Shown: positions 34,516-35,357 of the stretch, one piece after another
How the letters are laid out: each line of letters starts with the position of its first letter
How positions within the stretch are numbered: the stretch's first letter is position 1
NCBI GenBank assembly: GCA_000934665.2
Contig: JYFJ02000984.1
Span: 62,001 to 97,357, forward strand
DNA length: 35,357 bases
DNA from: Catajapyx aquilonaris
Lineage: Eukaryota
Direction: 5' to 3'
The notes under the pieces: model-generated
Told to the model about the DNA's origin: nothing
What the model saw: only the letters and a program-made list of their open reading frames with translations
The model's database searches: none
Program-made: the position numbers and the translations under genes

Positions 34516-35357
34516 TTGTTTGTTTGTTTGTTTTGTGCTTTATTTAGTCTGTCGGCCTGCAGCTAATGCCGCTTGGCCGACCCTCCTCCCTCCTCACATG
34601 ATTACATTTACATTCATAGACATTCTACATGATTCCGTCACTCGATTCATTCATATGATTACATTGACATTTATCGACATTCTACATTTACATTTTTTTA
34701 CATAATTCCATTTTCTCTCACTCCCTCCCCCTGTCTCTCCAAAATTGCATCCCTCCTCTTTTTCACCACACCATACAAATACTTACACAGCGCACCCCTT
34801 TTTCTTACATTCTTTACAAAGCTATACACTTCCTCACCCTCCATCTCCTCCACCGCCGGTATCCATTTCCCCCTCTCCTCCTTCATTACCCTACAATCCC
34901 TCACTATATGCCCCATATTCTCCTCCCCCTCCCCACACAATAAACAGTTCCTCTCCGTTTCTGACAGCCACGACCAACTAGCCCTGCACAGTGTCCCACA
35001 TCTTAGTTTCGCCAACACCTTCAGAAATTTTATGTTCTCTCTGTCCAGATACTGGTCTTCTTCTCTCTCTATCTTTACAGATCTGTAGTCGGGCCAGTTG
35101 GTCGTGTTGGCAATTCTCTCCTCCCTCTCCTTGATCATCCTCTCCCTCAGTTCCTTCCCCCACGAGTCCCATCGTTCTTCCCAAGTTTGTCTTTGCCACT
35201 CCTCATCATGCTCCACCCCCCATTCTTGTTCCTTCTTCCTCACGTCTTCCCACCAGCCACTTTTACCACCTCCCTCCCTTTCCTTCTTCATCTCATCCCA
35301 TATCCTTCGCAACAGTCTGTCTTCCCCTAACCTTTCCATCTTCATGATCCACCTAAC
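34516..35357 (-). mobile_element. Non-LTR retrotransposon 3' end: ORF2 C-terminus (stop at 34698), 3' UTR and (AAAC)n tail; continues past the window
   Basis: Intact frame with LAKLRCG and the CCHC knuckle CLLCGEGEENMGHIVRDC. Stem-loop GTCGGCC..GGCCGAC, then AATAAA and (AAAC)n on the minus strand. Confidence 0.9.

Noticed and set aside
34745..35199. Pro-rich plus ORF and overlapping minus ORF
   Set aside because: They are antisense and alternative frames of the purine-rich LINE ORF2.

Overview
Repeat-dense eukaryotic genomic DNA, probably arthropod (inferred from the transposable-element (TE) families present). I can support no intact host gene, RNA gene or CRISPR array. The window has three layers. 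(1) An old scaffold of diverged, shuffled direct-repeat modules (about 50 bp to 1.6 kb, 2-5 copies each, all in the same orientation). (2) Ten short coding fragments of unrelated TE families embedded in it: hAT-type, Tc1 (x2), Merlin, mariner (x2), Penelope, Harbinger Myb-like, LINE ORF1-like and LINE ORF2. All ten read on the minus strand, and several are absent from the ORF track. (3) Younger complete insertions: a 939-bp solo LTR with a 5-bp target-site duplication (TSD), a 192-bp near-perfect palindromic Harbinger-type MITE, a 2.04-kb TA-flanked foldback element with nested inverted repeats, and a LINE 3' end at the right edge. The best overall hypothesis (inference) is a unistrand, flamenco-like piRNA cluster, i.e. 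an antisense TE-fragment archive. Family calls come from remembered motifs, not database searches, and module boundaries are approximate.
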